Source: Rebecca billardiae RCC1528 (Eukaryota; Protista; Haptophyta). Taken from it: a stretch of 64,000 nt of DNA. The notes beneath the pieces are model-generated. The model was given only the letters and a program-made list of their open reading frames with translations, did not search any database and was not told the DNA's origin. The translations under genes were made by a program, and so were the position numbers. Positions 1 to 16,115 of this stretch are shown here, one piece after another; within the stretch, counting starts at the first letter, position 1, and every line of letters starts with the position of its first letter. The stretch is from contig OZ251237.1 in NCBI GenBank assembly GCA_965240325.2, positions 1,364,001-1,428,000 of the forward strand, given 5' to 3'.

Positions 1-1144
1 CCGCGTGCTCGGCGGCACGAGGAGCTGTTGGTTGTGCGCGCGCGCGCGCACAGCGACAGCGTGTGCCACTCGCGATCGAGAGTAGGCAAGCGCTGCTCAC
101 GCGGGCACACGAATCGCAGCGCATCAGTCACCGGCGTGACGACTTCCGCCTCGTCCCGCAGCGCCTGCGCCATGGACGAGGATGACGCGGCGATGTTGCA
201 TGCTCGACGATTCATCTCTCTGCGGATGGCATCACGGGCTTGTCTGTGTCGCGCTGCGGCGAGGGTCGCCAACTCGCGATGACGCGGTTGCTGCCACGGC
301 GACAGACCCGGGAGGTGCGTCCGCTGCGCGTCGTACGCCGTTAGCGCTGCGCTTCCGTCGCATTGGTCACCGTCGACGCCATGCAGGCCGGACGTGGGCT
401 TCGGCTGAGGGACCGGACCGCGAGCGAGGACGGAGTCCGGTGCGCGGATTCCGGCGATCGAGTTCGAAGGCCGCGCCAAATCTTGCGTCGCGTGCGATGG
501 CGCTTCCCGCCCGCGAGACGCCTCGTGATGAGGGCTTTCTCGCACCGAGCCCGACGCGCGGCGGTGGATCGCGCGAGGCGGCCATCGTGCGCAGCGCCTG
601 ATACTATGGCCGGTGCGAGCGTTCGACGTGCACGTCGGGCGAGGATCGCCCCAAGTCGCACGATCGTGTCGACGCGCCGAGCGTACCGCATCAAACGGGT
701 CGATTTCGCCCCCGTTCGACCTGCACGCGAGACGACGAGGGCAGCAATCGCGAATCGGGCGAAAAACACCCTCGGGAGTCCCCGTACGATGTCGACGCCG
801 GCGTTGGATTTGGCGCGCGCGGCCCACGCGCTCCGCGCCAGGCGACAGATGGTTTTCGGCCGAGCGTCCCCAGTGGGACAGCTGCGAGGGCGCACGGTAC
901 TCATTCTATGATTTAACGACACAAGTAGGACGACGCGGGTCTCCTGATTCGTCGGCGGCAGTGCCCGATCGTCGACACGAAGTTGAAAGTCGGCGTTGGT
1001 GGCACTCGGTAGTGAGCGAGGCGATTTTCTTTTCTTTGCGAGGCGATTTTATTTTTCCTTTTTTCTTTTTCTTATCTTTTTCCCGGGCACTACTTAACTA
1101 GGTCTAGTACAAGGGGCGGACCTACGGCCCGCCATACTCGCACC
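1..1144. repeat. Dispersed repeat / probable TE remnant, copy 1 (runs off the window start)
   Basis: Colinear high similarity to about 35670-36813, e.g. gtgtgccactcgcgatcgag at 61 and 35729, and cggacctacggcccgccatac at about 1118 and 36787. Both copies end in a T-rich tract, a GC hairpin and gcacc. Confidence 0.85.
900..1006. repeat. 107-bp insertion (short dispersed family B) with 5-bp duplication CGGTA
   Basis: Absent from the second copy of the host repeat (gcccggtagtgagcg at about 36671). Flanked by CGGTA at 895-899 and 1007-1011. Related sequence at about 42279-42330 (reverse) and 53561-53740. Confidence 0.7.
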
Positions 1145-2214
1145 AAAGATGCTCGCTCTGAGTCGCACACAGCTCAGGCAGGCGAGATTGACGCCCGCCA
1201 GTGGTAACGTCTTAACCCCTATTGTGGAACGATTTTCGGGGTTTCCGCCCCTAGGGCGAGGTAGTGCGGCTCGGCGAGCGAACTTAAGGTGTCAGGTACT
1301 GGCCATGGGTCCTACCGAAGGGACCATACACCTCTGAGGGTGCGGAGCTCGGAACTCGCCCGCCCGCGCGCGCGCGCGCGCGCGCGCCCGCGGGGTGCGT
1401 CGACGGGTCGACTGACCCCTATTGTGGAACGATTTTGGTTCCTCGCTCAGGCGGACGGTGCCACTGCTGGCTCCTGAGCGTTCGCAGTCGGCCCGCTGGC
1501 GCTCGCCGGCGCGCTGGTGGTGTGGGCACCCGCCCTCGACCCCGCAGCCGCCGGGGGGCACGTCTTGCCCGCGCGAACCCTCTCCACGATGAGTGATGCG
1601 GTCAACGAGCGTGTCCGTCATCGACGCTCGCTCGCCTTCGCGTGGCGCCTGAGCCGCCGCCGACACCACCGCTTCCAGGGCATGCTGGAGAGCGTCGAGA
1701 AGGGCGCGCCGCTGCGCAGGAAGAGAAGCGCCGCATCGATGCAGACCTGCCGCGTGGTCGGCGCGAAGCTGAGTAGCGCTATCTCTACGACCTGGTCGGT
1801 GTGCATCTGCTCGACCGTCACAGCCGCTCAGCCGCGGCTGCAGCCCCAGCGGCCTCGACGGGCTGGTCGGGTCCTTCACCATCCGACAGAGCGTGGCCAG
1901 TTGTCACGGCATATGAGCCGAAGTCGGCGACAGCTGTGCCCTCACGCCAGCTCCCCGCTCTACACACAGTCCCTGATGGCTGCATCCGGCGGGTCGTAGT
2001 CCACTCGCGCCCAGCCCGCTTCACGCGGCGCGGCTCTCACGCGGTCGGCAGGCGATGAAGCTGCTTTGCGGGGTTGGGCGTCGCCTGATGGCCCGGCACC
2101 TTCGGCTACGCGTTCATCATCGCCACCAGTCAGCTCGCGCCGCCGCACCGCCCCCCGCCGCGGCGGGGCGTCCTCGACCCTCCAACCCAGGAATCAGCCA
2201 TGCTGACCTGACCC

Positions 2215-3113
2215 AATTGACACTGGCCCACAGGGGGGGTTCCGAATTGGTCCCCCGACCTCGAGCTCGATGGCTGCCGCACGTGCGTGCCCAGCGTGCC
2301 TCGCGCATGTACGTGCACGGTAGGGCGTCCCGACAGCGGCGGGGTGGCGTAGATGGTCGCATGGGAGGTGCATCCGTGTGTCGGAGACGTCTCGGCGCCT
2401 CGGTGGCGTGCCCACACCTCTCCTTGTCGCCGCTTGCCTGCTGCGTGCTCGGCCAGCCGTTTGGAGTGCACGCCTGCACGTGCACGGCCAGTGTCGGGCG
2501 GATCGAGCCGTAGCGAGTGTGCTTGCGGGTACTCCCACCCGATGCGGCTCTCTGCCGCCGTCGCAAGCCCTCGCGCGTGTCCTGGAACCTGCCGAATCTA
2601 GTCGGGCATGCGCCCAACATGCTCGCGAACATTGCCCAGGAATCGCATCAGAAATGCGCTATTTGAAAATAAAACTGGACAGCATGTGGTGTACCACCAT
2701 GACAACACTGAACACGTCGTGGGTTGGAGTGCACGGCTTGGGATAGATGCACGAGAGCTACTACGACGGCGGCAGAGAGCCGCATCGGGTGGGAGTACCC
2801 GCAAGCACACTCGCTACGGCTCGATCCGCCCGACACTGGCCGTGCACGTGCAGGCGTGCACTCCAAACGGCTGGCCGAGCACGCAGCAGGCAAGCGGCGA
2901 CAAGGAGAGGTGTGGGCACGCCACCGAGGCGCCGAGACGTCTCCGACACACGGATGCACCTCCCATGCGACCATCTACGCCACCCCGCCGCTGTCGGGAC
3001 GCCCTACCGTGCACGTACACGCGCGAGGCACGCTGGGCACGCACGTGCGGCAGCCATCGAGCTCGAGGTCGGGGGACCAATTCGGAACCCCCCCCTGTGG
3101 GCCAGTGTCAATT
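2215..3113. repeat. Long near-perfect inverted repeat (about 350-bp arms, 200-bp spacer); foldback/MITE-like
   Basis: Arm 2215-2563 is the reverse complement of 2764-3113, and the mirror-image ORF translations are nearly identical. Both outer ends read AATT. Confidence 0.9.
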
Positions 3114-3310
3114 CGTGTCACTCGCGCTCCATCCACGAGTGCGGCAGCGGCAAGCCGGCTTGATTCCCTGCCCGGGCTGCTTTCGGGGAGCTCCCAAAAA
3201 TACCGTGCGCGCCCTCCCGGCCGAAGCTTCGGCCTACAGCACGGAGCGTTGCGCCAGCTGGACAAACGCGAGGACGCTAGCTTTCGTAGATCACGAAGCT
3301 ACGGAGGGCC

Positions 3311-4400
3311 CAGTCTGCAGCCAAGCCGTTACACGGCACCCTCCGCCTCCGCGGAGGGTCTGAGGTCGGAAGGTCATGCGGGCGTGCTTCGCCCGTGGTT
3401 CGCTGGTGCGACTCTTGGGGGCGGCACGACGGCCGCATGTGATCGTTCGAAGGCGCAAACGCGGCTGCGAGTGATCCGGAGACACATCAGCTGGCCGCAT
3501 GCAAGCGCTCCGCTTGGTAGCTCATGTTCTCGTCGCCTCACCACTGGGGCGTACGCTCGGTGACTCGGCAAGCCGCAGCGCGCGTGTGGTGACTCAGGGC
3601 GAGAGAGGAGATGACAGGTAAAGTTTGCGCTGAGAGCAGGCCGGGGCATGGTTAGTAAAGACCGGCTGCGCACTTTGCGCGCTTCATTGCACTGCACCAT
3701 CGACCGTGAGCGCGCCTGGAAGAAGGCTTCACAAAGACGCCGTGCGAGAAGACCGCCATCTCGGCCGGTTTTTCCGGTGACTGAACTGCTCTCACGTAGG
3801 TTTTTGAGCGCGTCTGCGCTCGTCCAACTTTGGCTCCCCGCGCCGACCGTTCTTGGTGTGTGGATGCACAACGGCCTAGCCCACGGTGAAAAGAGTATTC
3901 AGGAGTCGACCAAGAAGCGTCCAAAGTCTCCGAGATGGCGGCCTTCTCGCACGGCATCTTTGTGACGCCTTGTTGCAGGCGCGCTCACGGTCGATGGTGC
4001 AGTGCAATGAAGCGCGCGAAGTGCGCAGCCGGTCTTTACTAACCATGCCCCGGCCTGCTCTCAGCGCAAACTTTACCTGTCATCCCCTCTCTCGCCCTGA
4101 GTCGCCACACGCGCGCTGCGGCTTGGCCGAGTCACCGAGCGTACGCCCCAGTGGTGAGGCGACGAGAAGGTGAGCTACCAGGCTGGGCGCTTGCATGCGG
4201 CCAGCTGATATGTCTCCGGATCACTCGCAGCCGCGTTTGCGCCTTCGAATGATCACATCCGGCCGCAAAAAGCTCACGCAGGCCGCCACAGCTGGGCACC
4301 CTGGGCTCACGGGCGAAGCACGCCCGCAGCCACTCTTCCGCCCTCAGACCCTCCGCCGCCGGAGGCGGAGGGTGCCGTGTAACGGCTTGGCTGCAGACTG
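3311..4400. repeat. Second long imperfect inverted repeat (about 450-bp arms, 165-bp spacer)
   Basis: About 3311-3764 is the reverse complement of about 3930-4400. The peptide SRSMVQCNEARxVRSRSLLTMPRPALSANFTCH appears on both strands. Confidence 0.85.
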
Positions 4401-6750
4401 ACGGAGGGCCTCTGACGAGAGTCGCCTTCGGATCGGGGCCCTCTCCCGCTGTGCCGCATCGGCGCACGCTCGGCGGGCTACGTTTGCGCACGCCGTGCAG
4501 CTCGCGGCGCGTGCGCGTCGGCTAGCTGGCACACTGCTCCTGACGCACAAGTCGAATGACCGCAGCTGGGATGCCCTTTCGCGCGGCAAGGACGCGTGCG
4601 AGGCCGGTCGCTGCGGCCGAGCGGCGTGACCGTGCCGCCTGCACGCTGGGCGCCCATGGACGTGGCTTCGCCGCGCGCGCTGAGGCTGGCGAGCGTCGCA
4701 ACCGAGTTCCACGACGCGTGCGACGCGCCATCTGCCCGCTTCCGTGCCTCCGACGCACGTTTTATGCGGGCAACGGCCATCGCCCGCCCATGCGGCGGCG
4801 AAGCCGCCATCCGCCGCGCTTTGCCGTTGGACAGAGCGCAGAACATTTCGTTTTGAAAAGCGCAGATCTGAAAAGACCGGAAGGCGTTTGTCCAGCTAGC
4901 GCAACGCCCCTGGTCGGATCCCCAAACAAACCTTTTGCCTGGTTCTGAAACCTTTCCGGACCGCCAAACCGGCCGCACGATGGCGGATTCGGCATGGCGG
5001 TCCGGAAAGGCTCCAGAACCATGGCAAAAGGTTTGCCAAATCCAACCACGCCGCCTGGGGAGAGCGACGCCCTGGGGGTCAAGCCTACACGGAAAATGAC
5101 GAGAACACACGAGATGCCCATGTACTTGAGATGATGAGCGCGCGGCGAGCTCACCGGTGCTGCGTGGCGGCGGTTCGCGGGCAGTCAGCCGCACGCCGCT
5201 CGCGGTGGGTCGTGACGCCAGTGCGTACCGAGTCGCGCGGCCGCGGGCTCGGTCGAGCCGCGCTCGAGGCGTCGGCGGCCGCCGCACGGGAGCGGCAGGT
5301 GAAGGTGTAGTGAGAGGTGCAGTTTCAGACGCGGCGTGATCCGCTCACGGTGGGCATCACGTCGGACCGTTGTTCGCTTGCGGCACCGGGACGCGGCCGC
5401 AGGGGCGAAGGCCGTCGCGTGCGGAGCGGAGTGGCGAGCGAGCCGAGGCGACGACCGAAATCGAGCCGGCGACCAGGTCCCGATTTCAGCCACGAGCTCG
5501 CCAAAGATCGTCCAGCAGATACCTCGCACGGACAAACATGACTACAGGATTCGGGCGGGCGAGGCTCCCCTCCAGCCAATCAGTCATCAGAAAGCACATT
5601 TCAGTAGTCTGAACTACGGGGATTGCTGGTTGAAATCGGCACGATTCGTCGTCGCCGAAACACATGGCTGACCATTTCACAACCAGAATATTTGGGCGTC
5701 CGACGTACGTTGCAGTACGCTGAGATACCCCCGCGCCGTTCTAGATAGTAGATTCCCGAGATTGTGGGAGATGCCTACTCACTATTCGAAGCCGTCTCAT
5801 GTTTTGATGCGATTGTGTGCGGGAGAACGCGGGGGTGCCGTGAAACTTCAAACCAAGCTCGGCAAGCGGGTACGGTGTGCGCCTCCGGACCTCAAGGGCG
5901 GGCTCGGGCGCTTTCAGCGCCCGAGCCTTTCGGCGTCCGAAACATTTCGGGATCCGAATTCAACGTCACACAACAGCCGAAAACCATTTTTTCACACCAG
6001 ATTCTCAGCTCTGACTTCAGCAAATGATCGGCTGTGGACGGCGCTGGGGCGGGGCTATGGCGACGTTCTTGGGCTCGTTGGACGCGCCGTGGCCAGGCGC
6101 ACACCCACACGGCGGTAGCCGCCGATCTCATCGCCTCCGCGACATCCGAGCTCTACATAGGAAAAACTGGCGCCGTTCCACAATAGGGGTCCGTTCCACA
6201 ATAGGTCAGGTTAAGACGCTACTCGGGATAAGTCGGGTACCGTGACTGTTCATCACCCACCACGGCCCGCGACGGCAGGCACCACGGGCACGGCCAAGCC
6301 GCAAGCGCGGCGCGGCGTCTCTGGCATCAGCAAATTGATAATTATCAAATTGATTAGTAATAGTAATTCGGGCGAACCGGTCCCGGTAATTTAAAAAAAT
6401 GGGTAATCAATATTTCGTTCGAAGGATCATATCACATAGTCTGACATAATATCACGCGACGGGGCGAGCATGTGAGCTCCTGAGAGTGGCGCACAAGGCC
6501 TCTCCAAGCCCCACAGTACACAGAAAAAGGCAAAAAGCACGCTGCGGCGGTGATGGCGGCAGGCTCCCTGGCCGACGGCGAGCGCGCGCGCGTGCCGAGG
6601 TGACCTTCGTCATCGAGTGTCCTGCTTGGCCGGCCGACGGGCCGCGACCGGAGCTCCCGAGCGGAGCCCGCGGCGGGCCGCGTGCGAATATGGCGGAGAC
6701 GGCCGGGCGGTGCGCACGCGCGCCGCCCGGCCGAGCGCGAGACCGGCGGC

Positions 6751-8863
6751 TTACGCCTTGGAGGTCTCGGCGTACTTGCCGCGCGTCGGCGCGATGCCGA
6801 GCATGTTCGAGAAGATGTTGAGGATGTCGTCGCTCGACTCCAAGATGGGGAGGAAGATGATGACGACCGTGGCGAGGAAGCCCCACATGACGGCGATCGA
6901 CGACCAGAGCGCGAAGACCGCCTTCGGGAACACGCCCCATGGCACCGTCGCAAGCGGCCACAGCACAATCAGGATGAGCGAGACCACCCAGCCCCACTTC
7001 TGGATCCAGAGACGCGCCTCGATGAGCTTCTCGGGCGTCTCGTCCTCGTCCGGGACGTACTCCTCCTGCTCGACGACCGGGATGGCCTTCATCGTCTCGA
7101 AGTCGTAGTTCTCGGGCCAGATGACCGAGCCGATCAGCACGACGAACGCCGACGAGAAGATGGCGAAGAGGTTGCCCGTGAGCATCGGCTCGTTCCGGCC
7201 GAGCGTCGCGACGGTGACCGCGCCCGACTGGACGGAGGCGGCGACAATCCACGAGATGAGCGCGAGCACCGTGCCGATGATGCACGCGGCGGTGGCGGCG
7301 CGGCCGTTGGTCTTGGACCAGGTGAGGCAGAGCGCCATCGGGATCACGCCCGAGCCGATCATGATGCCCATGAAGAGGTACACCCAGCCCAGGTTGAGCC
7401 CGATCGCGTTGAGGATGATGGCGAGCACGCCCATGATGGCTCCGAACACGCCGATCACGACGCGCGAGATGAGCAGGATGCGGTCGCCCGTCGCCTTCGG
7501 GTTGATGTACGTGTAGTAGATGTCGTACGCGACGATCGAGGAGACGGCGATGCACTCGGCCGAGCCGGTCGAGGTGATCGCCATGAAGAGCATGATCACG
7601 ACCATGAGGCCGCCGCCCTGGCCCAGCATGATGATGGCCGACGCCGGCGGCACGAGGCCGGAGCCCGCCTCACCCGGCGTGAGCTTGGCACCGAGCGCGG
7701 TGCCCGCGAGGCCGAGCGAGGTGGCGAGCGCGAAGGGGATGGTGAACCACACGAGGCCGCCGAGCATGTAGCCCTTGTGCGACGCCGACGGCTTCGCCGC
7801 GATGGCCGACTGCCAGTACGACTGGTCCATGAAGACGGTGCCTGGCGCGCGCGCGGGGCAGCGGCCGCGCGTTTGGTCGCGTGAGCAGCAGCGCACGAGG
7901 GGAGCCTCGCGGGGCGCCGGCGCGCGCGCGCGCGCAGCAGCGCGGCAGTCGAAGCGGCGAGCGCGCGCGCGCGCGCGCACCGAAGTTGCCGATGATGTTG
8001 ATGATGCCGAACATGAGGCCCTGGCCCGAGATCATCGTGAGGTGCGAGCCGCCCTTGTTCTGCGGGACCGGGCCGCAGTGGTAGCCCTGCGCAACCTCAG
8101 CCTCGGTCGGCGTCGGGTACGAGACGATGAGCGCGAGCTTGTCGTAGACGGTGCCCGAGTCGCCGAGCTTGTCCGAGCCCGCGTACACGAGGAAGACGAA
8201 CGTGATGAGGCAGACGAAGATCACCGCCGTGTGGATGTACGACGCGAGGAAGGTCGCCTTGAGGCCGCCGGCGAGCGTGTAGATGATCACGCCCCACGGG
8301 ATCAGGAACGACGCGAGGTTGATGTCCATGCCGGTGAGCGCGTTGACGACGGCGGAGCCGCCGAGGAGGAGCATCGACGTGACGATGATGTTCGTCATGA
8401 AGCCGTAGATCATGAAGACGATGTGCGACGCCTTGCCCCAGCGCGCGTACACGAGCTCGAGGAAGGTGTGCGCCGTCGGCGCCTTGATCTTAATCTCGAT
8501 CGCGAGGATGCCGAAGAGGAGCACCTGGATCGAGGCGCCGGCGGCGTACCAGAACGGGCCGGAGACGCCGTACAGCCACGCGACGTTGGACGACTGCAGG
8601 AGCGTCGCCGCCCACGTCCACTGCGACACGATGACCGCCGCGGTGAGGCCGATCTTGACCGAGCGGCCGGCCGTGTTGAACTGCTCGGACGTCATCTTGG
8701 TGCCGCCGTAGCGCGTGTCGAGGAAGACGAGGAGCGAGGTGAAGACGGAGAAGAACGCGCCGAAGCCGAGCACGATGGCGTAGCCGGCACCGAGCGGGAG
8801 CACCGTCTCCTGGCTGGCATCCTTCCACGGCGTGGGGGTGTAGAAATCGCTGGCCGACGGCAT
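6751..8863 (-). CDS. DUR3: High-affinity urea/proton symporter (sodium:solute symporter family), 2 exons, intron 7842-7980
   Basis: Motifs [45 protein letters not shown]|[17 protein letters not shown]. The GT-AG intron joins ORFs 7670-9238 and 6751-7980 in frame. Confidence 0.95.
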
Positions 8864-9758
8864 CGTGCCGAAGCTGTGGGCGAGGGAGGGCGCGGAGGAG
8901 GAAGGGAGGGGGTGGGTAGACCATGGGTGAGCATTGGCGCGCGGGTGGCGGGATGCCAAAGGCCCGCTACGGGTGCAGCGGCGGGTGGGCGCACGCGCCG
9001 CGCGCGCGGGCGCGCGTTCGCGCCTCCGCGCGCGCGCGGGCGCGCGAGCACACGGGATGGCGGAGGCAGGGCGAGGGCGGGAGGAAAGGCTGGGAAGGCA
9101 AACGATCCTCGCCCATACCCGAGCCTCCACCACCCGCGCCCATCTCACGCCATCCTCGCGCGGCACACGCGCGCGAGGCGGGGCGCGGCGCGAGGGACGC
9201 AAGACGTACTTGGACCGCAGCCGAATTGGAGCACGCACGCGCGAAAGCTGTGCCGCGTGGCAAAAACGGCGGGCGCGGCGCGCGCGAAAAGAGCGCGAAC
9301 GGGCATTTTACGCCCGGGGAGCGTTTCGTGGGGAGGAAGAGCGTCTCCGTGGAAGAACAAAACTCCAATGGGAGCCTGATCGAGCACATATGCGACTGGC
9401 TCCATTTCACGAGAGCGGTATGTCCTTCCGAATCTAAGACTTATGCGCAGGCTTCTTGAGTCTGACGACCATGACGAACGTGCCGACGGTTCAACTTTGG
9501 ATGCCACTCTCAGGTTTCACCTGCCTATGCACGCCGGTGTGATGGCTAGTATTGCTCAGGCTCTGAAGTCTGAGCAATTGATAAGTATCTAATTGGAATC
9601 CCCAGGCCACGCGGGCCGCGGCCACCCGGACCCCACGTGCATCCGGGCAGGGGAGTCCGGGTCGTCGTGGACGCAAGTACGCAACGAGCTTTCGCGCGGC
9701 GTGCGGCCGCGCCGCCGCCGGCGCGTCGTGCTCGCCGCCGCCGGCCTCGCCCAGCCTG

Positions 9759-13009
<3,251 letters not shown>

Positions 13010-13278
13010 CGTTCGAAAGCGCCCGCGCTGGGCGAGGCGAGCTGACGGTTGGCCCGTCACGTTGGCACTGCACGAGTGCTGCAACTTGGCGTGCGTCGCG
13101 CGCGCAGCCCACCCGCTGCGGGCCCGGACTTTCAGCCCGCTCCGCGGGCCGCTCGCGTCGCCCGGATTCCTCCTTGCCGCGCGTCCGCCCTCAGACGGTG
13201 GCGGCGGTGCGCACCCCGGCGACGCCCGCGCGCACACACGGCAGGCGCAATCCAAGCGCGCAGGCGGAGGGCGGCGAG

Positions 13279-16072
13279 ATGGAGCTCCTGCCCGCGCGAG
13301 AGACGCCCGAGACGCCCGCCGGCGCCTCCGCGGACGGCGAGTGCGCCGGCGCCGGTGCCGGCACGGCGGCGGCGGCGGAGGCCAACGGCGGCGGCCGCGG
13401 CAGCGAGCAGCTCGTGTCGAAGCTGCTGCTGGAGAACTCGCAGCTGACGAGCACGATCGCGCAGCTCGAGGCGGAGCTGCGCGACATCGACCCCGTCTCC
13501 CGCCGCGCGAGTGCCGACGCGGCCGCGCTCGCCGCCTCCGAGGGCGAGGGCGAGCCGCTCGCGCCCGACGGCGCGCGGCCGCCGCCGCTGAGCGGCTTCG
13601 AGGCGTGGCACCGCCGGCTGCGGGTGGCGCACGGCGCGCTGGCGCGCGCGCGCGAGGGCGAGTCGTGGCTCGAGCGGCTCGAGCGCCAGCGCGCCGGCTG
13701 GGGCCTGCTCGACCGCTTCCGCGAGCGCGAGGCGCGCTCGCGCCACCACGGCTTGGGCGGCTCGGCCGCGGGCGCGGGCGGCGGCGCGGCCGCGGGCGGC
13801 CACCCGCCGGACGAGGCGATGTCGCGGAGCGCGCGCGGGCGGGCGCGCTCGATGGGCGGGCTGCCTGCGCACACGCCGGGCTCCGCCGCGCTCAGCGCCG
13901 CGTGGCGCCGCGCCGCCTCCGCGCGCCGCACGCCCGCCGAGCGCGCCGACTCCGATCGCCACGCCCACGTCGCGCTGGCGCAGGCGCGCGCGTGGTCGCG
14001 CGCGGGCACGGACGACGGCGAGGGCAGCGAGGAGGAGGAGGAGTGGGGCGAGGAGGGGGACGAGGACCTGCCGGCGGTGAGCCTGCCCACATACGAATCG
14101 TGCGCGCGCGCGCGCGCGCCCCGCGCCGCGCGCGACCTCGGCGCGCGAGCGCGCGGACGCAACGGCTGCTGGCTGCCGCGCCGCCGCCGCGCCGCCGCCG
14201 CCGCCTGCCGCCCGACTCCGCCGTGGCGATGTGGGCCTGCGTCGTGCGCGCCGCCCGCTTGGCTCCCGCGCCGCAGGTACGACTACGTGCGGCCCACCTC
14301 GCGGCTGCGCCTCGAGGCGCTCGCGGCCGCGGCGCAGCGCGGGCGCGCCGCGCTCGAGCGCGATGCGGTGCTTGACTCCCTCGTGGCCGGCGTGTTGCTT
14401 CCCTTCCTCGTCGGTGTCGCGGTGGGCACGTCGGCGTACGTGAGCAACGCGCTGACGGACGTGCTGATCGACGTGAAGTGGCGCTGGACCTTCGCGCTGC
14501 TCCACGGCGGGCTGTGGGGCGTCGCCTCCTTCCCCGTCTTCGCCGGCTTCTGCGTCGGCCTGACGTCGCTCTCCGCCGGCATCGCGCTGCTCGCGCCCGC
14601 CGCGTGTGGCTCTGGCATCCCGCATGTGAAGGCGGTGCTCAACGGGATTCGGGTGCCCGGCACGCTGAGCGCGCGGACGCTCGGGGTGAAGCTCGTGGGG
14701 ATCACGCTCGTCGTCGCGTCGGGCGTGCCCGCCGGCCGCGAGGGCCCGATGGTGCAGGTGGGCGCGGGCGTCGGCTCGCTCGCTCTGCAGGTCTATCACG
14801 CAGCGCTCGAGCGCGGCTGGCCGCGGCGCGCGAGCACACAGCTGCGGCTGCTGGACGAGGTGCGTGGCGGGCGGGTGCGCGTGGCGGATGCGCGTGCGTG
14901 GGCGGGGTCGTGCGGCTCGGGGGCGCCTGCTCTGCGCCCCGCCGCCGCCCCGTGCCGCGCCGCGCCCGCGCCCCCCTCCCCCGCCCCGCAGCCCCGCAGC
15001 CGGGGTGGGGCGCGCACGCGCGCGCGCGCTCGCTCGCTGCGAGAGAGACAGCGCGCCACAGCGTGACACAGCGCGCCGCCTGTCTGCCGGCCTCCGCGCC
15101 GCACCCCGGCGCGCGCGCGCGTGGTGGGTCGCTCGCAGGACGACTACAAGCGCGAGTACGTCTCGATGGGCGCGGCGGCGGGCGTCGCGGCCGCGTTCAA
15201 CGCGCCGATCGGCGGCGTCCTGTTTGCGCTGGAGGAGGTGTCGACGCACTGGTGCGCGCGGCTCACGTGGCGCTCCTTCTTCGCAGCCATCATCGCGGCG
15301 GTCACGATGAACTACCTCGTCTCGGGGCGCGAGCGCGGCGTGATCGAGGACGACGCGCTGGTGGTGTTCGGCGCGTTCGACCTCGCCTCCTCCTTCAAGG
15401 TCTCCGAGCTGCCGTACTTCGTGCTCATCGGCGTGGGCGGCGGGCTGCTGGGCGCCGCGTTCAACGCCCTCAACGGGCGCCTCAACCGGTGGCGGCAGCG
15501 CGCGCGCGACAGGCCGGGCGGTCTGCTCGTCGAGCTCGCGGGGGGCTCGGTGCGGCGCGCGAAGGTGGGCGAGGCGGCGTGCCTCGCGCTGCTCGTCGCG
15601 TCGGTCTCCTTCTTCCTCCCGCTCCTCTTCGGCTGCTCCGACGCGGCCGACACCCTCGGCGGCGGCGGCGGCGACCCGCTCGCGCGCGCGGGCGGCCGGC
15701 AGATCCGCGTCGAGTCGTTGCTGGTGAGCGTGCAGTGCACCGCTGAGGGCCAGTACAACGAGATCGCCTCGATCACGCTGTCGAACCAGCACCGCGTGGT
15801 GCGCGCGCTCTTCTCGCGCAACGCGGCCGGCGCGCTCTTCGCGCCGCACTCGCTGCTCGTCTGCCTCCTCCTCTCATTCGCGCTCTCGGTGGTCGTCTAC
15901 GGCGCGGCGATGCCGAGCGGTCTGTTTGTGCCGTGCATGACGATGGGCGCGCTCGGCGGGAGGCTGGTCGGCGAGCTCGTCGCGGCGGGCGCGGCGAGGG
16001 CGGGCGCGGAGGCGGCGGCGGGCGCGGCGGCGGGCGCGGAGGCGGTGCTCGCCGCGATGCCCGCCGACGCGC

Positions 16073-16115
<43 letters not shown>

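Larger units (their letters stand above)
1212..6214. mobile_element. TTAA-flanked non-autonomous DNA transposon (piggyBac-like), about 5.0 kb
   Basis: TTAA at 1212-1215 followed by CCCCTATTGTGGAACG. Inverted copy CGTTCCACAATAGG(tca)GG then TTAA at 6192-6214. Extra subterminal copies at 1416-1431 and 6174-6189. No recognisable transposase ORF inside. Confidence 0.65.
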
